The notes beneath the pieces were generated by a model that saw only the letters and a list, made by a program, of their open reading frames with translations, did no database searches and was not told the origin of the DNA. 24,000 bases of DNA from Acetobacterium bakii (GTDB lineage: Bacteria; Bacillota; Clostridia; Eubacteriales; Eubacteriaceae). The DNA lies in assembly GCF_001263355.1 (NCBI RefSeq), contig NZ_LGYO01000001.1:6340-30339 (forward strand). Direction: 5' to 3'. A program made the position numbers and the translations under genes. Shown here piece by piece: positions 7,803 through 15,992 of the stretch (positions are counted from its first letter, which is position 1; every line of letters begins with the position of its first letter).

Positions 7803-8997
7803 AATCTTAAGTGTTACCGAGGTAAATCAGTTTCTTAAAACTTTATTGGAAAGCAACAGTCTTTTAAAAAATCTGGTGATCCAGGGAGAATTGTCCAATG
7901 TTAAACGGGCGGCTTCGGGACATCTTTATTTTTCGTTAAAGGATCCAGCCAGCAAAATTGACTGTGTAATGTTTAAAAACGCGGCCATGGGTATTAAATT
8001 TGTACCAAAAGAGGGGCTGAAGGTCACCCTTCGGGGCAGCCTTGGGGTTTACCCGCCCAGCGGTCAATACCAGATTACGGTACGTTCCATGGAACCCCAG
8101 GGACAGGGGGATTTGTATCAGGCCTATCTGGCCTTAAAAGGTGACCTTGAGAAGAAGGGCTATTTTGATCCCGAGCACAAAAAAAAGCTGCCGGTTACCA
8201 TCAGCCGGGTGGGCATTGTCACGTCGCCAACCGGTGCGGCGGTTGAGGATATGATTTCCATTATTAAACGAAGAAATCCGATGATGGATATTGTGCTTTA
8301 TCCCAGTCTGGTCCAGGGTGAGGCGGCAGCGGCCAATATTATTGCCGGGATTAAGGCATTTAATGCTTTAAAGACAGTTGATGTTATTATTATTGGTCGC
8401 GGCGGCGGTTCCATTGAAGATCTCTGGGCATTTAATGATGAAAACCTGGCCCGGATAATTTTTGAATCCGAACTGCCCATTGTTTCGGCGGTGGGCCATG
8501 AAATTGACTTTACTATCGCCGATTTTGTTGCTGATCTGCGTGCCCCCACTCCCTCTGGCGCGGCAGAGTTGGTGGCAGAGGAAACCAGAAATCTGATCCA
8601 GAGTCTGGATCAGGTGAAAAACCGGATGATCCAGGCCATGAAGATCCAGATCAATCAAAATCGGGAAGTCCTCTTTAGGCTCAATAAGGATCTTTTGCGT
8701 TTTCACCCCCGGCAGCGAATTGATGAAATACGCATCAGTCTGGATGTTGTCCAGGAAAAGATGCTGCGTTCAATGAAGGTCATGATCAAAGACAACCGGC
8801 AACAGCTTAAACACCTGGAAGCCAGGCTTGACGCGGTTAACCCCACCAATGTTCTTAAGCGCGGGTATGTACTGGTGACTGACGGCAAGGGCATACCCAT
8901 TGGAACTGTTAAGGACCTTGCGCCTGACCAATCCCTGAGCCTACGCTTTAAGGATGGTTTGGTTTCGGTACGAATTGAATCGATAAAGGAGAATTAA
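7789..8997 (+). CDS. xseA: Exodeoxyribonuclease VII large subunit
   Basis: 'ILSVTEVNQFLKTLLE....L.NLVIQGELSNVKRAASGHLYFSLKD...KIDCVMF' (OB-fold N-terminus) and 'IGRGGGSIEDLWAFNDE.LAR.I..S.LPIVSAVGHEIDFTIADFVADLRAPTPSGAAE'. Start taken at ATG 7789 (SD 'aggagg' at 7775-7780) rather than the ORF-track 7717. Confidence 0.93.
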   Translation: MKNPRILSVTEVNQFLKTLLESNSLLKNLVIQGELSNVKRAASGHLYFSLKDPASKIDCVMFKNAAMGIKFVPKEGLKVTLRGSLGVYPPSGQYQITVRSMEPQGQGDLYQAYLALKGDLEKKGYFDPEHKKKLPVTISRVGIVTSPTGAAVEDMISIIKRRNPMMDIVLYPSLVQGEAAAANIIAGIKAFNALKTVDVIIIGRGGGSIEDLWAFNDENLARIIFESELPIVSAVGHEIDFTIADFVADLRAPTPSGAAELVAEETRNLIQSLDQVKNRMIQAMKIQINQNREVLFRLNKDLLRFHPRQRIDEIRISLDVVQEKMLRSMKVMIKDNRQQLKHLEARLDAVNPTNVLKRGYVLVTDGKGIPIGTVKDLAPDQSLSLRFKDGLVSVRIESIKEN

Positions 8998-8998
8998 A

Positions 8999-9214
8999 AT
9001 GGCAGTAAAAAAATTAAAGGCAAAATTAAGTCGACTGGAAGAAATTGCTTTGATTCTCGAAGGTGAAAATCAGGAAATTGAAGCATCCATTAAGTTGTTT
9101 GAAGAGGGCATGAAACTCGTTAAAGAATGTACCGGAGATTTGGATTCCCTGGAAGGAAAAATTCTTGTTCTGATTGATGGTGAGGAAAAAGATTTTGAAG
9201 GGAGAATTAGCTAG
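8999..9214 (+). CDS. xseB: Exodeoxyribonuclease VII small subunit
   Basis: 71-aa helical protein immediately after xseA. 'LSRLEEIALILEGENQEIEASIKLFEEGMKLVKEC' fits the XseB pattern. Confidence 0.9.
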   Translation: MAVKKLKAKLSRLEEIALILEGENQEIEASIKLFEEGMKLVKECTGDLDSLEGKILVLIDGEEKDFEGRIS

Positions 9215-10110
9215 TGTTAGATTTTGAATCAGCATTGAAGGAGAAGGTAAAGCGAATCAACGAGAATCTGGAGGCGGCCTTCCAACAAACCCCGGATATT
9301 CCCCCGGTGATTTTGGAATCCATGAAATATAGCCTTCAGGCCGGCGGTAAGCGGCTGCGACCGATGCTGATGATTGAAACCTGTCGATCCCTGGACGGGG
9401 ATGTGGCGGTGGTGATGCCACTGGCTCTGGCTATCGAAATGATTCACACCTACTCGCTGATTCATGATGATTTGCCAGCCATGGATAATGATGATTTAAG
9501 ACGGGGAAAACCCACCAATCATAAGGTTTATGGTGATGCCATTGCCATACTGGCCGGCGATGGACTGCTTAACTATGCCATGGAAACCATGCTTCAGGGT
9601 GCGGAAGGTCTTTATGGTGAAATGTTGATTCGATACATTGATGCCATGAAGACCATTATGAGTGCTTCCGGTATTTCCGGCATGATCGGTGGCCAGGTTG
9701 CGGATATGCAAAGCGAAAATCGGGTTATTTCCATGGATGAAATGGATTATATTCATTTGCATAAAACCGGTGCGCTACTGGAAGCCGCGGTGGATTGTGG
9801 CTGTATCATTGCAGATGCAGAGCCCGCAACCAGGGGCCGATTAACGACCTATGGTCATCATATCGGTCTGGCTTTTCAGATTGTCGATGACATTCTGGAT
9901 ATTGAAGGTAATGTGGGGGATCTCGGCAAACCCATTGGCAGTGATGAAAAAAATCACAAATCAACCTTTGTGACCTTGTATGGATTGGAGGCTTCTAAAA
10001 TTCGGGTGACTGAATTGCATTCGGAAGCTTTAGAGATGCTTAAGCCGATTGGGCAAAAAACAAAATTTCTTCAGGAATTGGCAGAGTATATCTGCACCCG
10101 GAGAAATTAA
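9214..10110 (+). CDS. ispA: Farnesyl diphosphate synthase / (2E,6E)-polyprenyl diphosphate synthase
   Basis: 298 aa, GTG start overlapping the xseB stop by 1 nt. 'GGKRLRP'. First Asp-rich motif 'IHDDLPAMDNDDLRRGKPT'. Second Asp-rich motif 'FQIVDDILD'. 'GKPIGSDEKNHKSTFV'. Confidence 0.9.
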   Translation: MLDFESALKEKVKRINENLEAAFQQTPDIPPVILESMKYSLQAGGKRLRPMLMIETCRSLDGDVAVVMPLALAIEMIHTYSLIHDDLPAMDNDDLRRGKPTNHKVYGDAIAILAGDGLLNYAMETMLQGAEGLYGEMLIRYIDAMKTIMSASGISGMIGGQVADMQSENRVISMDEMDYIHLHKTGALLEAAVDCGCIIADAEPATRGRLTTYGHHIGLAFQIVDDILDIEGNVGDLGKPIGSDEKNHKSTFVTLYGLEASKIRVTELHSEALEMLKPIGQKTKFLQELAEYICTRRN

Positions 10111-10121
10111 AAGGCGTTTTC

Positions 10122-10150
10122 TTGTTTTGGAAAAACAGCTATGTTATAAT
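10122..10150 (+). promoter_or_regulatory. Putative extended -10 sigma-A promoter directly upstream of the OLE-like RNA
   Basis: ttgttt (10122-10127), 17-nt spacer, TG at 10142-10143, tataat at 10145-10150. It lies 12 nt after the ispA stop. The predicted TSS is near 10157, just before the GC-rich block begins (~10163). Confidence 0.5.
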
Positions 10151-10154
10151 AAGA

Positions 10155-10770
10155 GTATATCAGGTGGTGCAGTATTCTAGTCGGCACTGTCGACCTTCAG
10201 GGCGGGCCTAAAAATCCGTCGAAGGGCATATCGATGAAGTCCCTTGTTTTGGCTTTTGACGCCCAGTTGAGGGCTGATTCAGGGGGTTAAGGAGGATGGG
10301 GCGATCCGCAATGGCATGCGGGCGTTGACCCTGCCTCCGTGGAGACCCGCATTTGCGGGAGTAACCTGTGAACGTGTTACCGCGAGGAGATACTGCAACA
10401 GTGTAGCCTGCCTTGAGTGGCTTAGGTGGATGGATTGACAGTTTCATAAGTTAATTGGGCCCAATGCTTAGAAATATTGCTATTCGAAACCTAATCTGCA
10501 AAAGAGGCTAAGGGTCGATTTGTGTTGCCGAGGAAAACTCCTAGGCTGTTCGAAAGAAGTATGATGGGGATTATGGTGTGCACTCAGTGGTAATTCAGTC
10601 TTGCATATGGCGACAATGCAAAATGCATAATAAAGGGAAACCGCTGGGACGGCGACGTCCCAGTCGTGCATTGGGAAATCCTGCTGGACCTAAGTCGCAA
10701 AGTTTACTTATCGTGCTGCCATCTGCTATAATAAATTATTTGAGGAATTATGATGTTTCATAGTTCCTTT
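10155..10770 (+). ncRNA. ole: OLE (ornate, large, extremophilic) RNA candidate; boundaries approximate
   Basis: There is a ~700-nt gap between ispA and a small membrane protein. It contains only short, SD-less ORFs on both strands. It is visibly GC-enriched relative to its flanks (core ~10163-10735). It holds many local stems, for example an 8-bp stem with a GCGA tetraloop at 10644-10663, a hairpin at 10346-10359, and gtaac/gttac at 10361-10380. The gene order xseA-xseB-ispA-[RNA]-membrane protein-tlyA-nadK-argR-recN is the neighbourhood reported for OLE RNA. I cannot recall the OLE consensus sequence well enough to align it by eye. Confidence 0.75.
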
Positions 10771-10814
10771 TGTTGTATAATAATGTATAAATAGTCATTG
10801 ACCCAGGAGTGTTC

Positions 10815-11387
10815 ATGAAAAAAAAATTAACAAAAAAAGAATTAAAAGAGAAGCGTCATCGTCGGTGGGTTGTTAATATTACAATCGCCACTTTTTTTAT
10901 GACCCTGCTCATCAGTTATATTTCGGATGTTTTATTATCCAATACACCTATTTTTGCTGCATTTATTATTTTGCTGGTTATTATCAGCCTGGGTATCCTT
11001 TCGGATATTGTCGGCATTGCCGTAACGGCGGTGAGCATCGAACCATTTAATGCGATGGCATCCAAAAGAATAAAGGGCGCAAAAACATCGGTAGCGCTTG
11101 TTAAAGATGCCTCCCGGGTTTCAAACTTCTGTAATGATGTGGTTGGGGATATCTGCAGCATCGTCAGCGGGGTGATCAGCATCACTATTGTGATTCAGCT
11201 GGGGAACCATTACCCACTCATGAACGTGGCGTTGATGACACTGATTCTCAGCAGCGTTGTTGCCTGTTTTACCGTTGGGGGAAAAGCGCTGGGAAAAGAT
11301 GTTGCCATGAAAAACGGCACCAGCATTATTCATGGTTTATCGGTAATCATTGCCAGTGTTAAAATAGCCATTAGAGGCAAAGAATAA
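10815..11387 (+). CDS. oapA: Small multi-pass membrane protein, candidate OLE-associated protein A (OapA)
   Basis: ~190 aa (~21 kDa). It has a basic N-terminus 'MKKKLTKKELKEKRHRRW' followed by several hydrophobic segments ('VVNITIATFFMTLLISYI', 'IFAAFIILLVIISLGILSDIVGIAVTAV', 'VVGDICSIVSGVISITIVIQLG', 'LMNVALMTLILSSVVACFTVGG'). It lies immediately downstream of the OLE-like RNA, as described for oapA. Start taken at ATG 10815 (SD 'aggag' at 10805-10809); the ORF track opens at GTG 10809. Confidence 0.7.
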   Translation: MKKKLTKKELKEKRHRRWVVNITIATFFMTLLISYISDVLLSNTPIFAAFIILLVIISLGILSDIVGIAVTAVSIEPFNAMASKRIKGAKTSVALVKDASRVSNFCNDVVGDICSIVSGVISITIVIQLGNHYPLMNVALMTLILSSVVACFTVGGKALGKDVAMKNGTSIIHGLSVIIASVKIAIRGKE

Positions 11388-11391
11388 AAAA

Positions 11392-12249
11392 ATGAAAACC
11401 ACAAAAGGAAAAGAGGAAAATTTGAAAGAACGTTTAGATAAATTATTAGTTGCCCAGGGTCACTTTGACACCCGGGAGCGAGCCAAAAAAGCAATTATGG
11501 CAGGGCTTATTCAGGTGAATGAGCAGATCAAGGATAAAGCCGGAGACCTTGTGGACACTGAAGCGACGATTCTGATAAAGGGCAGTGATATGCCCTATGT
11601 GAGCCGGGGTGGTTTAAAGCTGGAAAAAGGGCTGGCGACATTTTCATTGCCGGTTGCCGGGAATACCTTCATCGATATTGGCTCTTCAACCGGGGGATTT
11701 ACCGATTGCTTACTGCAAAACGGGGCCAAAAAGGTTTATTCTGTGGATGTTGGCTATGGTCAGCTGGATTGGAAACTGCGCAATGATGAACGGGTGGTTT
11801 CCATGGAGCGCACCAATTTTCGCCATCTCACCGGGGACGATTTCCCAGAAATGGTGGATGGCACCGTAATGGATGTGTCTTTTATTTCCATTATAAAATT
11901 ATTTGACGCCATTCAGGCCGTTATGAAACCCGGGGCCCTGGGTATTTGGCTGATTAAACCGCAGTTTGAAGCCGGCCGTGGGCGGATTGGCAAAAACGGT
12001 GTGGTCCGGGAAAAAAAAATCCATGAAGATGTTTTATTACAGGTGCTGACGGCCATTGATCAGCATGGCTTTACGGTGAAGGGTCTGGATTATTCGCCGA
12101 TACAGGGACCAAAGGGGAATATTGAATTTCTTGTTTTCGTTGAAAATAAACAAACAGATAGCGAATTTGAATGGTCCCAAAAGATTGAAAACGTAGTAAA
12201 AATAGCCCATGAAAACTGTCGAAAGAAAAAGGAACCATTAGCCGAATAG
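11392..12249 (+). CDS. tlyA: TlyA-family rRNA (cytidine-2'-O)-methyltransferase (S4 domain plus FtsJ-like MTase)
   Basis: 'RLDKLLVAQGHFDTRERAKKAIMAGLIQVN' (S4-like). 'YVSRGGLKLEKGL..F......N.FIDIGSSTGGFTDCLLQNGAKKVYSVDVGYGQL' (SAM-binding site). 'GNIEFLVF'. Confidence 0.9.
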   Translation: MKTTKGKEENLKERLDKLLVAQGHFDTRERAKKAIMAGLIQVNEQIKDKAGDLVDTEATILIKGSDMPYVSRGGLKLEKGLATFSLPVAGNTFIDIGSSTGGFTDCLLQNGAKKVYSVDVGYGQLDWKLRNDERVVSMERTNFRHLTGDDFPEMVDGTVMDVSFISIIKLFDAIQAVMKPGALGIWLIKPQFEAGRGRIGKNGVVREKKIHEDVLLQVLTAIDQHGFTVKGLDYSPIQGPKGNIEFLVFVENKQTDSEFEWSQKIENVVKIAHENCRKKKEPLAE

Positions 12250-12252
12250 GAT

Positions 12253-13128
12253 GTGAATGTGGTGAATTATTACACTAAAGAAGTTGGCATTTACTTTAAT
12301 ATGGAAAAACCGGACAGCCAGGTTTTAGGTAAAAATTGCATTGAGTTTTTGTTGAATCGGGGATTTAAAATTGCTTTGCTTAGAGGCCAAATTCAGTATG
12401 AGAATGAATTGGTGAATTATTATTCAAAAGGGGTATTTTTCAGAAAGCCGGATTGCATTCTGGTGCTCGGCGGTGATGGCACCTTATTATCGGTCGCCCG
12501 GCAATGCTGTTTTTACCGAGTCCCGATTTTTGGGATCAACCTGGGCAAGCTGGGCTTTTTAACGGAGGGTGAGGCCAATCATTATGAGGAAACCCTGGAG
12601 AGTTTCACCAAGGGTGATTATTACATCGAAGAGCGGATGATGCTAAGCTGTACCATTAAGAAAGAGAATGAATGTTCCCGGGAATACGTGGCATTGAATG
12701 ATGTGCTGGTGAAAAGTCGGGGTTTTCGGATGATGGATATCCAGGCTAACGCCAGTGGATCCACCATTGATACCATCCGGGCAGACGGCCTCATTATTTC
12801 AACCCCTACCGGTTCCACCGGGTATTCACTGGCAGCTGGAGGACCGGTGGTGGCGCCGCAAACAGATGTGATGATTCTTAATCCGATCTGCCCTCACCGG
12901 CTCCATGACCGTTCATATGTATTGCCCGGGGATGAAGTGATCACATTGGAATTTGGCGACCGGGAAAAAGAAATTATGGTCATCCTGGATGGACAAACCA
13001 ATGTGGCCATAAAACCCGAGGATGGGGTTCGGGTTGAAAAATCAATTTATTCCACAAGGCTGATTCGGCTCAATAAAATGAGCTATTTTGATCGGTTACG
13101 AGTGAAACTGTCCAATGATATAGTATAA
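12253..13128 (+). CDS. nadK: NAD+ kinase
   Basis: 'ILVLGGDGTLLSVAR' (GGDGT motif), 'PIFGINLGKLGFLTE', 'ALNDVLV', 'ADGLIISTPTGSTGYSLAAGGPVV'. The start is uncertain: GTG at 12253, 12259 or 12262, all in frame, with 'agga' at 12248-12251. Confidence 0.9.
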   Translation: MNVVNYYTKEVGIYFNMEKPDSQVLGKNCIEFLLNRGFKIALLRGQIQYENELVNYYSKGVFFRKPDCILVLGGDGTLLSVARQCCFYRVPIFGINLGKLGFLTEGEANHYEETLESFTKGDYYIEERMMLSCTIKKENECSREYVALNDVLVKSRGFRMMDIQANASGSTIDTIRADGLIISTPTGSTGYSLAAGGPVVAPQTDVMILNPICPHRLHDRSYVLPGDEVITLEFGDREKEIMVILDGQTNVAIKPEDGVRVEKSIYSTRLIRLNKMSYFDRLRVKLSNDIV

Positions 13129-13154
13129 CGTTAAAATGACTACCGGGGGGAAAA

Positions 13155-13604
13155 ATGAAAATTGCAAGACAATTAAAAATAATCGAAATAATTGAAAGTA
13201 AAGTGATTGAAACCCAGGAAGAACTTGCTCAGTCCCTCAAGGATATTGGCTTTGCCGTGACTCAGGCAACGATTTCCAGGGACATCAAGGAGCTCAAGCT
13301 AATCAAGGTAATGAGCAACGATGGGATTTCGCATTATGCACCGCTGAAAGATATGAGTGCCATTTACAATGAACGGGTAACTGCGGTTTTTAGAGAATCG
13401 GTTCTAACCGTGGATTATGTTGAAAACAATATTGTCTTAAGAACCCTGCCGGCCATGGCCCAGGCTGCGGCTTTGGCCATTGACGGCCTGGAGTGGACGG
13501 AAGTGGTGGGTACTATTGCCGGGGATGATACCATCTTTGTTTTAATCCGCAACCGTGACATTGTGCCGGAAATTGTCGGCAAGTTTAAAAAGCTGATGAA
13601 ATAA
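13155..13604 (+). CDS. argR: Arginine repressor
   Basis: 149 aa. Winged-helix 'RQLKIIEIIESKVIETQEELAQSLKDIGFAVTQATISRDIKELKLIKV'. C-terminal 'GTIAGDDTIFVL' oligomerisation/arginine-binding motif. Confidence 0.9.
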   Translation: MKIARQLKIIEIIESKVIETQEELAQSLKDIGFAVTQATISRDIKELKLIKVMSNDGISHYAPLKDMSAIYNERVTAVFRESVLTVDYVENNIVLRTLPAMAQAAALAIDGLEWTEVVGTIAGDDTIFVLIRNRDIVPEIVGKFKKLMK

Positions 13605-13616
13605 GGGAGGCTTCCG

Positions 13617-15356
13617 ATGCTGAGAAATCTCGTTGTCAAAGACTATGCACTGATTGAAAATTTAAGCGTTGATTTTAGCAATGGCCTGAATGTCATAACC
13701 GGTGAAACCGGTGCCGGCAAATCCATTGTGATTGATGCTTTGTCAATGGTGCTTGGGAACCGTGGGAATAAAAGCAACATTCGCCAGGGTGAAACTAAAA
13801 TGATTGTTCAGGGACTCTTCGATATCAGCGATCAATCTGAGATTTTAGAAAGATGTGGTATATTTGGTGTACCCATTGAGGATGGTCAATTAATTTTAAC
13901 CCGGGAAATGGATAGTCATGGTCGTAATTTATGCCGGGCCAACGGCATCATCATCACGGTCTCGCAGCTTAAAACCCTGGGGAACAGTTTAATGGATATC
14001 CATGGCCAGCATGAACATCAATCCCTGTTTCAGCGGGATAATCATCGCCAGCTGCTGGATGCTTTCGGCGGAGAGAAAAGCCAAAAATATCTTAAAGAAA
14101 TTGCTTCTTACGCCAATGCGCTTAAAAATATTCAAATTCAAATCGATGATTTGGAAGTGAATGAGCGGGAATTGGAACGGGAAAAAGAAACCCTCCAGTT
14201 TGAAATCGATGAAATTGAAAAAGCAGGATTGGAAATTGGCGAAGATGAGCGTCTTGAAGGTGAGAAACGGATTCTTGAAAACCGAGAACGGCTTTTTTCA
14301 AACATCAATGGGGCCTATGAACTGTTGCGGGGCGAAGGGCCGGAGCAGACCCCGATTATTGATGCGCTGGGGCAGCTTCAGGAAAATATTTCGGAAATTG
14401 CTAAAATTGATAATAGTTTTTTGCCAAAGCTGGAATTATTAAATGGTGTATTCAGTGAGATTGAAAGTCTTTCTTTTGAAATCAGAAGCTATCTGGAGGA
14501 TCTGGAATTTAATCTTGGTGACTTGGATGAAATTGAAGGTCGGCTTGCTCTCATCAGTCGGATGAAACGAAAATACGGCCAGGATATTTCTGAGATTCTG
14601 GCTTACGCGGATACTATTAGCGAACGACTGACAAATCTGCTTAACCGTGATGAAAATCTTCAGTCCTATTATGAAGAATTAGAGAAAACCCGGAAAAAGT
14701 ATTCTGAGATTGGCAGACAGCTTCATGCTCTTCGAGTAAAATCTGGCGGGAACCTAAAAAAATCGTTGGAAAATGAATTGCAGGATCTGGCCATGGAAAA
14801 AGCCCAGGTGGAAATTTTAGTAGATTATGATACCCAGCGAATCAGTGCCAAAGGACAGGATATTGTGGAGTTTTTAATTTCGGTTAATCCTGGTCAACTG
14901 CCAAAGCCTTTGGGAAAAATTGCTTCGGGTGGTGAAATATCCCGAATTATGCTGAGCATCAAAAGTATTTTTGGGAGTATGGATGCCATTGAAACCATGG
15001 TTTTTGATGAGATCGATACCGGAATCAGCGGACGGACGGCTCAGGTGGTAGCCGAGAAAATCCAGGCTTTATCGGCGACCCCGCCAAAAGGCCGACAAAT
15101 TATCTGTATTACGCATTTACCGCAAATTGCGGCCATGGCAGATCAGCACTTTATGGTGGAAAAACGCACCGGGGAAGCATCGGTTGACGTCAGTTTTGTG
15201 CCTTTGGATGAAAAGGGTAAAAAAGAAGAGCTTTCCCGAATGCTGGGCGGAGCAGAGGTTACCCGAAAAACCTGGGAACACGCCCAGGAAATGCTGGAAT
15301 TGAGCCAAAAAATAAAAAAAGACAAAAAAAGCAAAGAGAACAAAATATTGCCTTAA
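13617..15356 (+). CDS. recN: DNA repair protein RecN
   Basis: 579 aa. 'ML..L.VKDYALIENLSVDFSNGLNVITGETGAGKSI' (Walker A). Long coiled-coil middle region. 'ASGGEISRIMLSIK' (signature motif). 'MVFDEIDTGISG' (Walker B). Confidence 0.95.
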   Translation: MLRNLVVKDYALIENLSVDFSNGLNVITGETGAGKSIVIDALSMVLGNRGNKSNIRQGETKMIVQGLFDISDQSEILERCGIFGVPIEDGQLILTREMDSHGRNLCRANGIIITVSQLKTLGNSLMDIHGQHEHQSLFQRDNHRQLLDAFGGEKSQKYLKEIASYANALKNIQIQIDDLEVNERELEREKETLQFEIDEIEKAGLEIGEDERLEGEKRILENRERLFSNINGAYELLRGEGPEQTPIIDALGQLQENISEIAKIDNSFLPKLELLNGVFSEIESLSFEIRSYLEDLEFNLGDLDEIEGRLALISRMKRKYGQDISEILAYADTISERLTNLLNRDENLQSYYEELEKTRKKYSEIGRQLHALRVKSGGNLKKSLENELQDLAMEKAQVEILVDYDTQRISAKGQDIVEFLISVNPGQLPKPLGKIASGGEISRIMLSIKSIFGSMDAIETMVFDEIDTGISGRTAQVVAEKIQALSATPPKGRQIICITHLPQIAAMADQHFMVEKRTGEASVDVSFVPLDEKGKKEELSRMLGGAEVTRKTWEHAQEMLELSQKIKKDKKSKENKILP

Positions 15357-15420
15357 CATTTTAAGGTTTATTGGTTAAAATGGAGATTGTTAAAAATATA
15401 TTTAAGTAAGGAGAAATAAT

Positions 15421-15990
15421 ATGGAACGAAAAGTGCCCATTGGGCTATCAAACAAACATATTCATGTATCACAGGCAGATTTAGAGGTTTTATTTGGAAA
15501 AGGTTACCAATTAACTCCAATGAAGGATTTATCACAGCCGGGACAATTTGCAGCTGAAGAAAAGGTTGATGTTGTTGGACCTAAGTCTACCATCAAAGGG
15601 ATTCGAATTCTGGGACCTGTTCGACCACAGACTCAGTTGGAAGTTTCCATTGGCGATGGTTTTTGTTTAGGCATTAAAGCACCGCTTAGAAATTCAGGCG
15701 ATATTGCCGATACTCCAGGCGTAAAAGTAGTAGGACCGGTCGGAGAAGTTGAAATTCCGTGTGGAGCCATTGTTGCTGCCCGTCATATTCATATGAGTCC
15801 TGAAGAAGGCGCTGCTTTTGGATTAAAGGACAAAGATATTGTTTCAGTTCAATTGGATGGTCCTCGCGGCTTAATCCTAAATAATGTGTTAGTACGTGTT
15901 CATCCGGAATTTAAACTGGATATGCATCTTGATGTAGAAGAAGGAAATGCTGCCGGCGCCAGAAACGGCCAAATGGCAACCATCCTCTAA
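15421..15990 (+). CDS. pduL: Phosphate propanoyltransferase / phosphotransacylase PduL
   Basis: 189 aa with the two-repeat PduL pattern: 'VPIGLSNKHIHVSQADLEVLFG' and 'IVAARHIHMSPEEGAAFGLKD'. Also 'GQFAAEEKVDVVGPK', 'IRILGPVR', 'LDMHLDVEEGNAAG'. SD 'aaggag' upstream. Confidence 0.85.
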   Translation: MERKVPIGLSNKHIHVSQADLEVLFGKGYQLTPMKDLSQPGQFAAEEKVDVVGPKSTIKGIRILGPVRPQTQLEVSIGDGFCLGIKAPLRNSGDIADTPGVKVVGPVGEVEIPCGAIVAARHIHMSPEEGAAFGLKDKDIVSVQLDGPRGLILNNVLVRVHPEFKLDMHLDVEEGNAAGARNGQMATIL

Positions 15991-15992
15991 TC

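Noticed and set aside
10208-10763. Three ORFs from the six-frame track inside the ispA-oapA gap (10208-10447 -, 10480-10671 -, 10578-10763 +)
   Set aside because: None has a Shine-Dalgarno sequence. They overlap one another on opposite strands. Their products are Pro/Arg/Gly-rich, as expected when GC-rich structured RNA is translated. The region is better explained as the OLE-like ncRNA.
15351-15372. ccttaa-catt-ttaagg hairpin at the recN stop, considered as a terminator
   Set aside because: The stem is only 6 bp and AT-rich, it overlaps the stop codon, and the T-run is weak. This is not enough to call an intrinsic terminator.
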